A stretch of DNA of 64,000 nt from Blastocatellia bacterium (GTDB taxonomy: Bacteria > Acidobacteriota > Blastocatellia > UBA7656). This document shows, in pieces, positions 37,630 through 47,973 of the stretch (positions within the stretch are counted from its first letter, which is position 1; each line of letters begins with the position of its first letter). The notes beneath the pieces are model-generated. The model was given only the letters and a program-made list of their open reading frames with translations, did not search any database and was not told the origin of the DNA. Position numbers and translations under genes: made by a program. The DNA lies in contig CAVXWP010000002.1 of assembly GCA_963765495.1 (NCBI GenBank), positions 128,001-192,000 on the forward strand, written 5' to 3'.

Positions 37630-38715
37630 TTCCTGAGAATCAGGAAAAAAAGAAAGAAAGAGAAAGAGAAGGAAAGAGAAAAAAAAAAGAAGAAAAAGGA
37701 AAGGAAAGAAGAGGAAACCGTAGAAAAAAGAAAAAAAAAGAGGAAGAGAGAAAAAAAAAAAAAAAGAGAGAAAGAAAGAAAAAAGGGAGAGACTAAGAGA
37801 TCGACAAAGACCATAGGGAGCATTGAGAGGAGAAAAAAAAAAAAAAAAGAGAGAAGCTACAAAGAACGGGCCTAATACAAATAGCAGACTGAAAGAAGAA
37901 GAAAAGAAAAGAGAAAAAAAAAGGAAGAAGAGAAAAAGAAAAAAGAAACAGAACTACAGACAAGCGGCAGGAGAAAAAAAAGAAAAGGAAGAAAACTGAG
38001 AACGACGCCAACAAGGAAGAAAGATATAGACGGTAGAGATAGGATCGCAAAGAGACCAAAGGCGCAAGGTATTTAAAGACCTGAGAGAATCTGAAAAGAA
38101 AGGAAAAAAAAAAAAAGAGAGAGAGAAAGAAAAGAAAGAAAAAAGAAGAGAGAGCAGGAAGGACAGAAAAAGAAAGGACTGCCAGACGGCACAAAAAAAA
38201 AAAAAAAAAGAAGAGAAAAAAGAAAAAAAGGAAGAAAAAAAAAAAAAAAAAAGAAGAAGAAAAAGAAAAAGAAAGAAAGGAAGGAAAGAAAAAAAAAAAA
38301 AGAACGACACTAAGAAAGAGAAACAAGCGACCGGAGAGGGAGAGCCAAGGATAGACGAGAGGAAACAGCAGAGAGCATACACAAGCGATGCGGCAAAGAC
38401 GAAAGGAAAACAGGCAGCGAGAGGGGACGGTACCAGGAAGAAACAAAAGGAAAAGAAATAACCGATGGCGGCCCGGAAAAGCAGGACACGAAAGAAGAGC
38501 AAGGCGCACAGGTCCAGCGCGACACAGTTACGGAACAGAATCGCCAAGATATAAATGTCAAAAAAAAGTCAGGAAGACGCGAAGAGAAGCGAAAAAACAA
38601 GTTATAAAAACATACAAAAGATAGCTCTGTCAATGTATCTCAAGAGTCAAAAAAATGAAATAGAATAAATAAAGAAAAGTAAAAAAAAAAGAGATGAGAA
38701 AAATGAAAAAAAAGA
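37630..38715. other. Extremely A/purine-rich low-complexity stretch, probable sequencing or consensus artefact
   Basis: Many long A runs and near absence of T/C on + strand, abrupt boundaries, no credible ORF. Confidence 0.7.
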
Positions 38716-38982
38716 CCCTGGCCACGACAACACCGTCTTTCACCTGTAACCCATTCAGTTTGTTTATGTACGATATCGTGTCTGTAGGTTTGTGCGACAC
38801 TTCGGAGCATCTCTTTATATACTAGCAGTTACAAAGCGGCACAGTAATTGTATCAGTAAAAAGAGGCAAAACCGATGATATGTGTTTTTGCCGGTTGTCT
38901 GATCTGGAGGATTTTGAGTAAGGAGACATCACCCTCACTGGTTAAGACAACTCGTAGCGAACAGGTTTTAAGGAGGGGTGTA

Positions 38983-40071
38983 ATGAAGGCAAATATTTTG
39001 AGCAGAATGGTCGCAGCGGTCGTGATAGGGGCAATATCGCTTACGGGAATCAGCGTACCTGTCAGCGCGCAACAAAAGCAACAGAACCCTAAGAAAGAAC
39101 AACGACAGGCTGAAAGACAGCAAAAAAAAGCGGAACAGCAACAACAACAACAGAAGAAGAAGGCTGATAATCAGGCGCAACATGTTCAACAAAGGCAAGA
39201 GCGCGCTCAACAGCAACAACAGAAACAACAACAGCGCGCTCAACAGCAGCAGCAGCGCGCGCAACAACAACAACAGAAACAACAACAGCGCGCTCAGCAG
39301 GAACAGCGGATCAGAGAGCAGCAGCAGCGCGCTAAGCAGCAACAGCAAAACAGAGCACAACAGCGCGCCCGGCAGCAGCAGTCTACAGAACAGCAAGTTA
39401 GAGACCGGCAGCGTGCTCAACAGCAACAGGACAATCAGCGAAGAGATAGACGTGACGAGCGTCTTTCGCAGCAGCGTCAGCAACAGCTGATCAGAGAGCA
39501 GCAACAGCGCAACAATCAGTACCGCCAGCATCTGGAGCGGCAGCAACGCATCGCGCAGCAACGCGCGGCGGCGCTACAGCGGCAGAGAAGAATAGCGCAG
39601 TACCGTTACCAGCAGAGGTATCTGGAACGACTGCGACAGCAGCAGATTCAGATTCAGAACGCGCGCAACTATAACTATTACAACGATCCGTATTTCTATA
39701 CGGCTCCGAGTTATCGTTATTCCCGAGGCGGCAGGTACTATGAGGTCAACCGATACGCAGCCGATCAGCTTCGACAGGCTGTGAATTACGGTTATGAAGA
39801 AGGCTTCCGCGCCGGACAGGCCGATAGAGAGGACGGCTGGAGATTCAGCTATCAAGACTCTTACGCCTATCAGGATGCGGAGTACGGTTATAACGGGTTT
39901 TATGTAAGTGAATCCGAGTATAACTACTACTTCCGCGAAGGCTTCCGTCGAGGTTATGAAGACGGTTATTATAGCCGCTCACAATACGGCAGCTATTCCA
40001 GTGGGAAGTATGCCATTCTCGGCGCGGTCTTGTCGCAAATCCTGAACCTGCAATCGCTCTTTAACGACTAA
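38983..40071 (+). CDS. Secreted Gln/Arg-rich protein with Tyr/Gly-rich C-terminal domain
   Basis: AAGGAGG RBS; signal peptide; QQQRAQQQ repeats; GYEEGFRAG..D and FREGFRRGYEDGY motifs. Confidence 0.85.
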   Translation: MKANILSRMVAAVVIGAISLTGISVPVSAQQKQQNPKKEQRQAERQQKKAEQQQQQQKKKADNQAQHVQQRQERAQQQQQKQQQRAQQQQQRAQQQQQKQQQRAQQEQRIREQQQRAKQQQQNRAQQRARQQQSTEQQVRDRQRAQQQQDNQRRDRRDERLSQQRQQQLIREQQQRNNQYRQHLERQQRIAQQRAAALQRQRRIAQYRYQQRYLERLRQQQIQIQNARNYNYYNDPYFYTAPSYRYSRGGRYYEVNRYAADQLRQAVNYGYEEGFRAGQADREDGWRFSYQDSYAYQDAEYGYNGFYVSESEYNYYFREGFRRGYEDGYYSRSQYGSYSSGKYAILGAVLSQILNLQSLFND

Positions 40072-40116
40072 GTCGTAGACGAGCAGACAGGCTCTCTTAA
40101 AACAGGCTATCTTAAA

Positions 40117-40170
40117 AGATGCCCGGCTTCCATTGATCTGAACAGAGAATGGAGCCGGGCATCTCTTTTT
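40117..40170 (+). terminator. Intrinsic terminator between convergent genes
   Basis: AGATGCCCGGCT..CCATT / AATGG.AGCCGGGCATCT stem followed by TTTTT and preceded by AAAA. Confidence 0.8.
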
Positions 40171-40222
40171 GTGACGGGTCAATTGTCTTGCCTATGATAG
40201 AGGATATGCTTCCCGCCCTCTG

Positions 40223-42363
40223 TTAATTCGCTATATCCAGTTGGACCGAGCGCGTAATGCTGTCGGTGCCGCTCGTGACTATTATCTTAAATTCATACTG
40301 CCCGACAGGTATGCTTTCCAGCGGCAGGCTTCCGGCGTATTGAACGCGACCTGCCTGATCGGCAGGCGGCAACTCGGCTGGCAATTGAGCCAGAGCCTGT
40401 CCATGTTGCGCCAGTTGAATCATCAGCTTCGGAGGTGAGCCTGCTCCCTTTGGAACATAGACGGTAAAGAAGAAGGGTAGCTGTTTATACTTTGCTTTTT
40501 GAATCGTCTCGCCGAGATTAGGATAGGCGAGGAGTTCCCCTACGTGAAAGGGGTTGAACGATTTCTGTTCCCTGGCATCCAGTCGCTCGGCCCGCTTGAT
40601 CAAAACGATGCTGCTTACTCTGAGGTCGCTGTCACTGGCCTGTGGAACATCTATTGTTGCCTCGCTGACACCGGCCTTTTCCCCGAACGCATCATAGACA
40701 ATCGCCTGCATCTGATATTGCCCGGGGGCAAGGTCTTCCTCGCGATAAAACAGGACTTCATCCTTGCGTGTCGCATCGAGAGAGGCAAGCGGACCCGTCA
40801 GCATATAATGATGGCTCAGTTTGCGCACAACCTGTTTGTCCGAGCTTTTGAAGATCGCAACCACCGAAAAATCGGTCGAAAAGGTCTTTGTTTTGTCCTC
40901 CGAATGAAATGTGATTGCCTGCATAGGAATTTCTGCCAGAGCGGCAACCAGCCCCGTGCGCGATGCTTCGGGGAAGCTCATCGCCGCCGATCTGACGGCA
41001 AGGTCTTTTGGTTGGCGATTGTTGGCGGCAAGGGCAAGCGCCGGGGTCTCAAAATCGAGCACGGGCGAGCCGTAAGAGGTATTGATGGCAAAATATCCCT
41101 TGCGGTTCTGAACAGAAACACCAGATCGTTTTACCTTTACTTCGATCTTGCGAAACGACCCGTCCGATGACTGATCCTTGGGCGTGTAGTTTACCAGATA
41201 ATAGTTTCGCAAATCTTCGCCTATACGACCCATCCTCCCCTTTAAATCGTTTGTGTCGTGAATAAGAAAACCGCCCGTCTGGTCAGCAAGATCGCCCAAG
41301 CCCGAGCGCGGATCCAATTTCAGCATACGTTCATTACGTTCCAGCCCTTTCGTCATGGGGCCGAAGGGGTCTGAGACACTACCCAGTTGCGACATGCGCT
41401 GTGCGCTCTGCGATTGAATTTGCCTGCTTGTTTCTGCCTGCGCGCTCTCAATACGCAATCCGGCGGCGTCAACGGCATAGATGCTGACCCCCGACTGGCT
41501 CGCGGTGTTTATGATTGTGCGCAGAAGGGGCTGGGCCGATGTAGGAAGAGCAAGACCTTCCGAAAGAAGTATCATGGCCTTGCGCCCAGGAAGCCTCCGT
41601 AACGAATCGACTATTGCGATGAGACCGTTGATGGAAGCGTGCCCCTCCTGTTCCTTTTGCAGATATTCAAAACCCCCAAGCAGATTGAGCTGTGCTATGA
41701 GCCGATCTCTTCTAAAGGGGTCTCCTGTCGGAACGGCGGACCTATCTCACTTTGTGAGAGTTCCGTAACTTCATCTCTTATTGTCTTGAGGTCCGGGAAG
41801 TCTGATGGGTTGCTGGTCGTACTTAACAGGCTGGCCCGTTCAACAGCGGCCCTGAGTAGCTGAACATCCGCCGTAAAAGGTTGGACCAGGCTAAGCGACA
41901 GGCCGGTCACATAAACGCTCATACTGGAATCCGAGCGTATGTTTTCGTCGATATATTTGAGCGCAGCTTCACGGGCGTAAGCCGAAGATGCGGGTGACAT
42001 GCGATCAAAGACCAGCGCGGTCGTCGCCACGGTGGAAGAGGCCGAGCATTCTCAGCCGGGGCTTCCCGCCGGCCCCGTCCCGGGGCTCGTCTGGTTGTCA
42101 GCGATGTCCTGCGATACCAATCGAACCGAGGTAATCTCTTGAGCCACGCCGTTTTCATAAACCTCGAAATCAGAGGCAGTCAACCCTTTTACCGGGCGGC
42201 CTCCCTTGTCTCTGACGATCACATCAACAGGGACCTCAACGGTGCTGGTTATAATAGGCTTTTCCTTATTCTGTTCAGTAGGGTTCTGGCTTATGGGGCT
42301 GGCCCATAGAACATTTCCGGTAACCAGTAGGAAGACAAGCAGAGTCTTTGTGTTAAAACGCAT
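40223..42363 (-). pseudogene. VWFA-related acidobacterial domain protein, interrupted (in-frame TGA at 42054-42052 and a frameshift near 41740); true pseudogene or read errors
   Basis: Signal + VPVDVIVRDK.GRPV.GLT.SDFEVYE; ALVFDR; LPGRKAMILLSEG; SIYAVDAAGL; LADQTGG; YYLVNYTP..FRKIEVKV..RKGY, spread over three ORFs. Confidence 0.8.
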
Positions 42364-42621
42364 GGCAAAACCTCCAACATAATTCTTCGGCTTCGGAAAG
42401 ACTGAAGACCGATATTCTTGAAAACCATTTTGACAAGGAACGCGAGCCGTACGAAGGAATTGGACCTAAGGACTGGTATGGCTCCGCGAATTATTCAATA
42501 GATCGATTTGTTGAAGCGGCAGCATAACATAGGATTTGATTGTTGGAAAGCAAACCAGAGCGAGGAGGTATACATAATACTGGACCGACAAAGGGCCATA
42601 TAATTCTCAGGAAAACCGTTG

Positions 42622-42936
42622 CTATTCTGAAAATTCTAGCGCGAGAAGCGTCGAGCAATCCACGCACATAAGCAAAGGATTGTTGGCTTCTGTTTGCTCT
42701 ATAACGCCTACGCGCAAAGAACCGCATCTGGCGCAAGCCACCGTAGGCGCGCACGAATCTCTTTTCTCCACTTCGATCTTGTCAGACGACTTTCTCTCCA
42801 GATCACGTGTGAGCAGCTGGAAACTTGTGAGACATTCTCCGCATACATGATTGAAACAGCAATCAGGTTCGCAGCTATATACGACGTCGCCCGAGCCGCA
42901 ACCGGGGCAGTTTACACTGAGTGGTTTTGCTTTCAT
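42622..42936 (-). CDS. Small Cys-rich zinc-ribbon-like protein
   Basis: CPGC, YSCEPDCCFNHVCGEC, CAPT..CARC, CVDC. Confidence 0.75.
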   Translation of the reverse strand: MKAKPLSVNCPGCGSGDVVYSCEPDCCFNHVCGECLTSFQLLTRDLERKSSDKIEVEKRDSCAPTVACARCGSLRVGVIEQTEANNPLLMCVDCSTLLALEFSE

Positions 42937-42955
42937 CTCTTTGCAGATACCAGAG

Positions 42956-43825
42956 TCACAAATCAAGTTCTCGCGGTGTGATCCATCTCAGTATCAGACC
43001 GGCAATCATCCCGGTTGCTGTGACTCCCATAATGCCAAGTATGGCGGCAATGGTACGGCCGATGCTGGTCCTTGGAGTAATATCGCCATAACCGATTGAC
43101 CCGGCTGTGATTATTGACCAGTACAGCCCATCCGTGTAACTGAAATAGCGCCGCTGCTCCTCCGGCAAGTCCACCTTTGCGACGCTTTCTATCCTATCGC
43201 GAATCTCTCCATTCTCGGCGTAAATAAACAACAGCGGGAAGGCAAGTACGATCAGGAACACCTGTACCGCCAGATAGCCATAGAGGAAATTCCGGTTGCG
43301 CCGCACCCTTTTCATTTCGTAGATATAGGCGCGATTACGGAGGCGCAGCAATTCGCCATCCGCCATATTGAGGCTTATCGGCGCAAGCTGGAACAGCTCG
43401 AACATCTTTCCGAACTCGCCTTTTTTTTCGAACTGCTTTAGCGCATAGACCACGACTTCAGAAAGATGTTTTCTTATGCATTCAGTAGTCGATTCGTTCT
43501 CGTGTTTGAAACTGTAAAGACTCTCGAAATAAGAGATCACACGGGTTGGCATGCGCCAGGCAAGGACGCCGAAATCAGTCGCGTCTATGTGCTCCCCAAG
43601 AAAATTTGAGAACCTCTCTTCGGCAAGCACGCCGGGAAAATTACGCAAGGCCAGCAGGAAGGCCTGGCGTAGTTTTTCGAGCGTCTCGTCATCTTTGGTC
43701 TCCGGTTCTTCATAAAGATCAATGATTTTATTAAGCAACTCTCTGATCTTGTCGCCTCCTGTTGTCTTACGACTGAGAGCGACCAGTTCAGCAACGCGGT
43801 TATCAAGTGAATTTTTTGAGGCCAT
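42956..43825 (-). CDS. Two-TM potassium channel family protein with large N-terminal soluble domain
   Basis: DGLYWSIITAGSIGYGDITPRT..GR pore signature. Confidence 0.85.
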   Translation of the reverse strand: MASKNSLDNRVAELVALSRKTTGGDKIRELLNKIIDLYEEPETKDDETLEKLRQAFLLALRNFPGVLAEERFSNFLGEHIDATDFGVLAWRMPTRVISYFESLYSFKHENESTTECIRKHLSEVVVYALKQFEKKGEFGKMFELFQLAPISLNMADGELLRLRNRAYIYEMKRVRRNRNFLYGYLAVQVFLIVLAFPLLFIYAENGEIRDRIESVAKVDLPEEQRRYFSYTDGLYWSIITAGSIGYGDITPRTSIGRTIAAILGIMGVTATGMIAGLILRWITPRELDL

Positions 43826-44224
43826 TATGAATCTGCCAATCGGTCTGCATGTCTTTTCAACCTGCCGAGCAAACCTCGGTATTTGCCTCAGAAGCGCCCG
43901 CTCAACCTCCGGCAATGAGATTGATTATGCTACAAAAAGGAGCGACCAACAATCCGACATCCGCCGCCCTATTCTATTATCTATATTCCTGATGATTTAG
44001 TTGAGATGAAAAGCCTGGCCTAATTTGTGGCTTTGCGTTGATTTATTTCTCGCAAAGCCGCAAGGTCGCAAAGTAGGCTAAGAATTTCCCGAGAAACCTG
44101 AGGCGCTGAATGGGCCTCGGGTTGAATTGTCATTAAAACCGCATGTGGTTTTGTAAATTGTTTTACTTGTGATAATCTCTTGCCGCTTCTCGAATTTACC
44201 CCAAAACTCTCAGGAGGAAAACTG

Positions 44225-47116
44225 ATGCGCAAGTTGATCAAGGTCATGTTGCTCTCTATGTTTATGGGCGGAATCGGCTATTTCAGTCTCTTGAGTTTGA
44301 CTGGTCACGACAAGGTTTTTGCGGCGGTCGAGGCCCCGACGGCGCTACAGGAGGATGGGAAGTTGTGTCAGTGCCCGGATGCAAAAGAGTCTACACTACC
44401 CAGGCCAGGCTCACTTTCCCCTGATGAGTTTCACGACCGATTACTTGCCTTTCTTGAAGGGGGCGAGTACGCGAAGTTGAAATGGTGCGAAGACAAAAGA
44501 GTGCGCGACACCGGGCCCTGGATTGACGGAAAATATTACGGGGTTCACCCCGCGGTCAGAGTCTTTTATTCGCCCGGGGTGATGAACTGGCTGGTCGGGG
44601 GCAGGCTCGGCACGATTCCAGACGGTGCGATGATCGTAAAAGAGATGTATAACCCCGGCCCGGCGGCCAGATGGCAGGATCAAACATTGAAGCCGAAAAG
44701 CTGGACCGTGATGATCAAAGACTCGAAAGGCTCAAAGGACGGGTGGTTCTGGGGCGACCTTTATACCGACAATCCTCCTATGCCAAAACCGAGCGCGAGC
44801 CTCAACCCTCCATTCCCCGTAGCAAGCGAAGGCTATAGCCTCGCCTGCATTCACTGCCACGCTTCGGCCGAAAAAGAACTCACATTCTCGTCGCTCAACA
44901 ACATAAAAGGGTTTCAGGGGGATCCGATTACTTACTTCATCGACGACACCTGGAGAGAGACCCCCAAAACAGAGCCTTCGCCGGAAGAAGCAAGCAATCT
45001 GGCCCCGAGTCACAGAAAATCACTCGCCCGGTTGAGAGCGATCATGCCGCGGAAAGCGGCGACAACCGCAAGCCCGGAGTTTGCAAAATTCTTAGGACAG
45101 CTTGCGCCCGATCCGGCTGTGCGCGTGATGCCCGCAGAAACCTATGACCATATTTTCGCCTCGGCCAAAGGGCCGGAGATGTTCGTCACATCGGATAACT
45201 GTCAGTGGTGCCATAGCGGAAATGCATGGTATGGAAAGAAAAATTATATGATCCTGCAAACTTCGGCTAAAGATCGGGTGAATGTCTCGCCTTATGGAGA
45301 GTGGCGCTGGTCCCCCATGGGTCTTGCGGGGCGTGACCCGGTCTTTTTCGCTCAACTCGATAGCGAGATCGCCTATCTGAAACGAGAGAAGACCGAGCAG
45401 GATGTTCAGGCGGTTCAGAATCTCTGCTTTAGCTGTCACGGCGTGATGGGCAAACGGCAGCTTGATCTCGATCACGGTTATATGGGCAATCCCGGCAGCG
45501 GCCCTCCCGGGAAAGAACCGAACTTCGATTTGAATTTCGTCTACAACACAGACACGAGTGATGCAAACTTCAAATACGGCGCTCTGGGCCGTGACGGGAT
45601 AAGTTGCGCGGCCTGCCATCACATCGTCGAAGACAAGACACCTGTCGGCAAAGACTCTCTGCAATGGTTTCTCGACCATTCCATCACGGGCAGGTTCAAG
45701 GCAGGCATGCCCGAAGAGCTTTTCGGCCCCTTCAAGGACAACGAAATCACTACCTATCCGATGAAAGAGACGCTTGGGATTGATCCGAAGCACGATGCAT
45801 ATGTAAAAGATTCGCGGCTGTGCGGCAGTTGCCACGCGATTGATCTACCTGTAATGGACGGTAAACCGGGCGAGTTTCATCTGGAACAGGCGACCTATCT
45901 GGAATGGCTCAACAGCGAGTATCAGACCGAATTTTCACCCGGCCCAAACGCGAAATCCTGTCAGGATTGTCATATGCCCGCGGGCTTTGCCAACAAGAAA
46001 AAGAAGGTCAACATAAGTCAGATAGAATCGGTCATCGCCGATATTCAGGATGAGTCTTTCCCGATGTCGGAACACCGCGCCTCCGAAGATAAGGTGCAGG
46101 TTCGATATAGAACCGGCGTTGTGGCAAAGGGCGAAGATGGATTTGTTCGACATCAGATGCAGGGGCTTAATCTTTATCTGATCGAGATGTTCAACCAGTT
46201 CATGCAACCGGATGCCGCAAACAATTTCTACAACGACATTCTGGGCGTCCGAAAAAGCGATTACATGAGCACCTTGAACAACGATCTCGATAATGCAGTG
46301 GATAATCTGGTTCAGCAGGCGGAAAACGATACTGCCACGGTGGAGGTTTCGCCTCCAAAGATCGAAAACAATCAGCTCATAGTCGATGTAAAAGTGACGA
46401 ACAAGACCGGCCACCGCCTGCCGAGCGGAGTCGGTTTCCGCCGCGCCTTTCTTGAATTCGATGTCATAGATAACAGCGGCGGCAGCGAGAAGATTATCTG
46501 GGCTTCGGGGCGCACAAACGAAGTGGGCCTTATAGTTGATAACGATGGAAACCCACTCGACTCGGAGTATGTAGGAACAAACGGCGAGAGGGGAAAGAGC
46601 TGGCAGCATCATTACTATGGTAAGGATCATCCGATCAAAAGCTCGAAGGAAGTGCAGATTTATGAAGAACTGGTCAAGGATGCAACGGGCAATTTCACAA
46701 CCAGTTTCTTGCGGATTGATGAGGATTTCAAGGACAACCGATTGCTGCCCATAGGGTGGAAGCCAAAGGGGCCGAGCCCCTCGCTCACGGGCAGGTATTT
46801 AGAAATCACGCATCCAAAAGGCGAAGCCGAAGAAGACCCGAATTACAAAAACGGCAGTGGGACGAGCGTCTTACGATACCAGATACCGCTCAGCGAATTG
46901 CGAGGCCTCGCCCCATCACAATTGACCGTAAAGGCCGCGTTGTACTATCAGGCAACTCCGCCTTATTACCTGATGCAGAGATTCCAGCAGGCCCCGAACG
47001 GCGACGGCACGAGGCGGTTGTATTACCTGACATCAAATCTCAAGGTAAAGGGAACGCCTATTGAAAACTGGAAGCTCTTTCTCGCTTCCGGCTCTGCGCC
47101 TGTTGTCGGAAGGTAA
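44225..47116 (+). CDS. Cytochrome P460-domain multiheme cytochrome c (6 CxxCH)
   Basis: AGGAGG RBS; N-terminal signal/TM; PDGAMIVKEMY..VMIKD..DGWFWG..CIHCH; then CQWCH, CFSCH, CAACH, CGSCH, CQDCH; GHRLPSG..RR. Confidence 0.88.
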   Translation: MRKLIKVMLLSMFMGGIGYFSLLSLTGHDKVFAAVEAPTALQEDGKLCQCPDAKESTLPRPGSLSPDEFHDRLLAFLEGGEYAKLKWCEDKRVRDTGPWIDGKYYGVHPAVRVFYSPGVMNWLVGGRLGTIPDGAMIVKEMYNPGPAARWQDQTLKPKSWTVMIKDSKGSKDGWFWGDLYTDNPPMPKPSASLNPPFPVASEGYSLACIHCHASAEKELTFSSLNNIKGFQGDPITYFIDDTWRETPKTEPSPEEASNLAPSHRKSLARLRAIMPRKAATTASPEFAKFLGQLAPDPAVRVMPAETYDHIFASAKGPEMFVTSDNCQWCHSGNAWYGKKNYMILQTSAKDRVNVSPYGEWRWSPMGLAGRDPVFFAQLDSEIAYLKREKTEQDVQAVQNLCFSCHGVMGKRQLDLDHGYMGNPGSGPPGKEPNFDLNFVYNTDTSDANFKYGALGRDGISCAACHHIVEDKTPVGKDSLQWFLDHSITGRFKAGMPEELFGPFKDNEITTYPMKETLGIDPKHDAYVKDSRLCGSCHAIDLPVMDGKPGEFHLEQATYLEWLNSEYQTEFSPGPNAKSCQDCHMPAGFANKKKKVNISQIESVIADIQDESFPMSEHRASEDKVQVRYRTGVVAKGEDGFVRHQMQGLNLYLIEMFNQFMQPDAANNFYNDILGVRKSDYMSTLNNDLDNAVDNLVQQAENDTATVEVSPPKIENNQLIVDVKVTNKTGHRLPSGVGFRRAFLEFDVIDNSGGSEKIIWASGRTNEVGLIVDNDGNPLDSEYVGTNGERGKSWQHHYYGKDHPIKSSKEVQIYEELVKDATGNFTTSFLRIDEDFKDNRLLPIGWKPKGPSPSLTGRYLEITHPKGEAEEDPNYKNGSGTSVLRYQIPLSELRGLAPSQLTVKAALYYQATPPYYLMQRFQQAPNGDGTRRLYYLTSNLKVKGTPIENWKLFLASGSAPVVGR

Positions 47117-47193
47117 ACTTTCGAGTAGCCCGCACAGAGATTTCCAGAAGGTTATCTGCATCGTAGACTATCGTTTCTGAGCTTCAGGAAATT

Positions 47194-47271
47194 CTTTGCG
47201 TGCTTGGCGTTGCTTGCGACCCGACGAACAACAGGTTCTCGCAAAGACACAGAGACGCCAAGCACGCAAAG
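47194..47271. repeat. Palindromic element (CGCAAAG family) with perfect 17-bp inverted repeat
   Basis: CTTTGCGTGCTTGGCGT (47194-47210) and ACGCCAAGCACGCAAAG (47255-47271); related half element at 44048-44073. Confidence 0.85.
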
Positions 47272-47346
47272 TTTTCCGATCAAACACCGAGTTGTTCCTG
47301 TTTTTGCCCGGTTTGAAATTCTCTATTTTTTGATATACTGCCCCGC

Positions 47347-47973
47347 ATGGCTCGCTCAAAGTTTGAAGACAAAGTCTGGTTCAATCAGAATCGTAAGCTT
47401 GACGGGATTTGCAGAGATGTTTCACTGGCCCGGACCAACCACCGGAACGTGCTGATCCTCGCCCACTTTCAAAGCACGCTGTCTTTGATGGAATCGGCGC
47501 TCCGCGCCCGCTCGATTGGTTACGGGAGCTATTCATCTTTCGATTTTTCTACGCTGCTCAATCGTGGAGCCAGTGCCAATTCTTCCGAGGTATGGCTCGG
47601 ACTTTCCTCATCCTTTCAAAACCCAATCTTTTCAATCGACAGCAAAACAGAGCTACTGGTCATTTTTCCTGAGCACCATCCCAGGCGTTCCAGAGATCAG
47701 CACCTTCTGGACCTTCTCGATGCTTCCCCATGCAAGAAAGAGATAGTCTTTCACACCGCGCTGACCGATCCGCTGATGATTCACTTTGGAGGGGAAAGGA
47801 TTCAAGACTTGATGAGGCGGATGGGAGCCGACGAAGAGCTTGAAATTTCCCATCCACTTGTGAGCAACGCCATCAGCAACGCGCAGGAAAAGATCGATAA
47901 GCAGGTTCAGCAAGAGATCCAGACCCAATCGGATGCGGATTGGTTCAAGTACAATCTCGGCAAGAGAGATTGA
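47347..47973 (+). CDS. Stand-alone protein resembling a SecA fragment
   Basis: EHHP..SRD, ALTDPLM.HFGGERI..LM.RMG..E...HPLVSNAI.NAQ.KI resembles the SecA NBD2-to-scaffold segment; no Walker A. Confidence 0.7.
   Translation: MARSKFEDKVWFNQNRKLDGICRDVSLARTNHRNVLILAHFQSTLSLMESALRARSIGYGSYSSFDFSTLLNRGASANSSEVWLGLSSSFQNPIFSIDSKTELLVIFPEHHPRRSRDQHLLDLLDASPCKKEIVFHTALTDPLMIHFGGERIQDLMRRMGADEELEISHPLVSNAISNAQEKIDKQVQQEIQTQSDADWFKYNLGKRD

Noticed and set aside
37582-38633. Lys/Arg-rich and Phe/Leu-rich ORFs
   Set aside because: These are translations of the A-rich low-complexity tract, with no RBS or domain.
38968-39561. Leu-rich membrane-looking minus-strand ORF
   Set aside because: Antisense of the CAG/CAA-rich Gln repeat gene.
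42052-42054. In-frame TGA in the VWA gene as a second selenocysteine
   Set aside because: It lies in a variable Pro/Gly linker with no Cys-type motif. An alternative frame (EAPAENARPLP) suggests compensating indels, and the gene has another frameshift.
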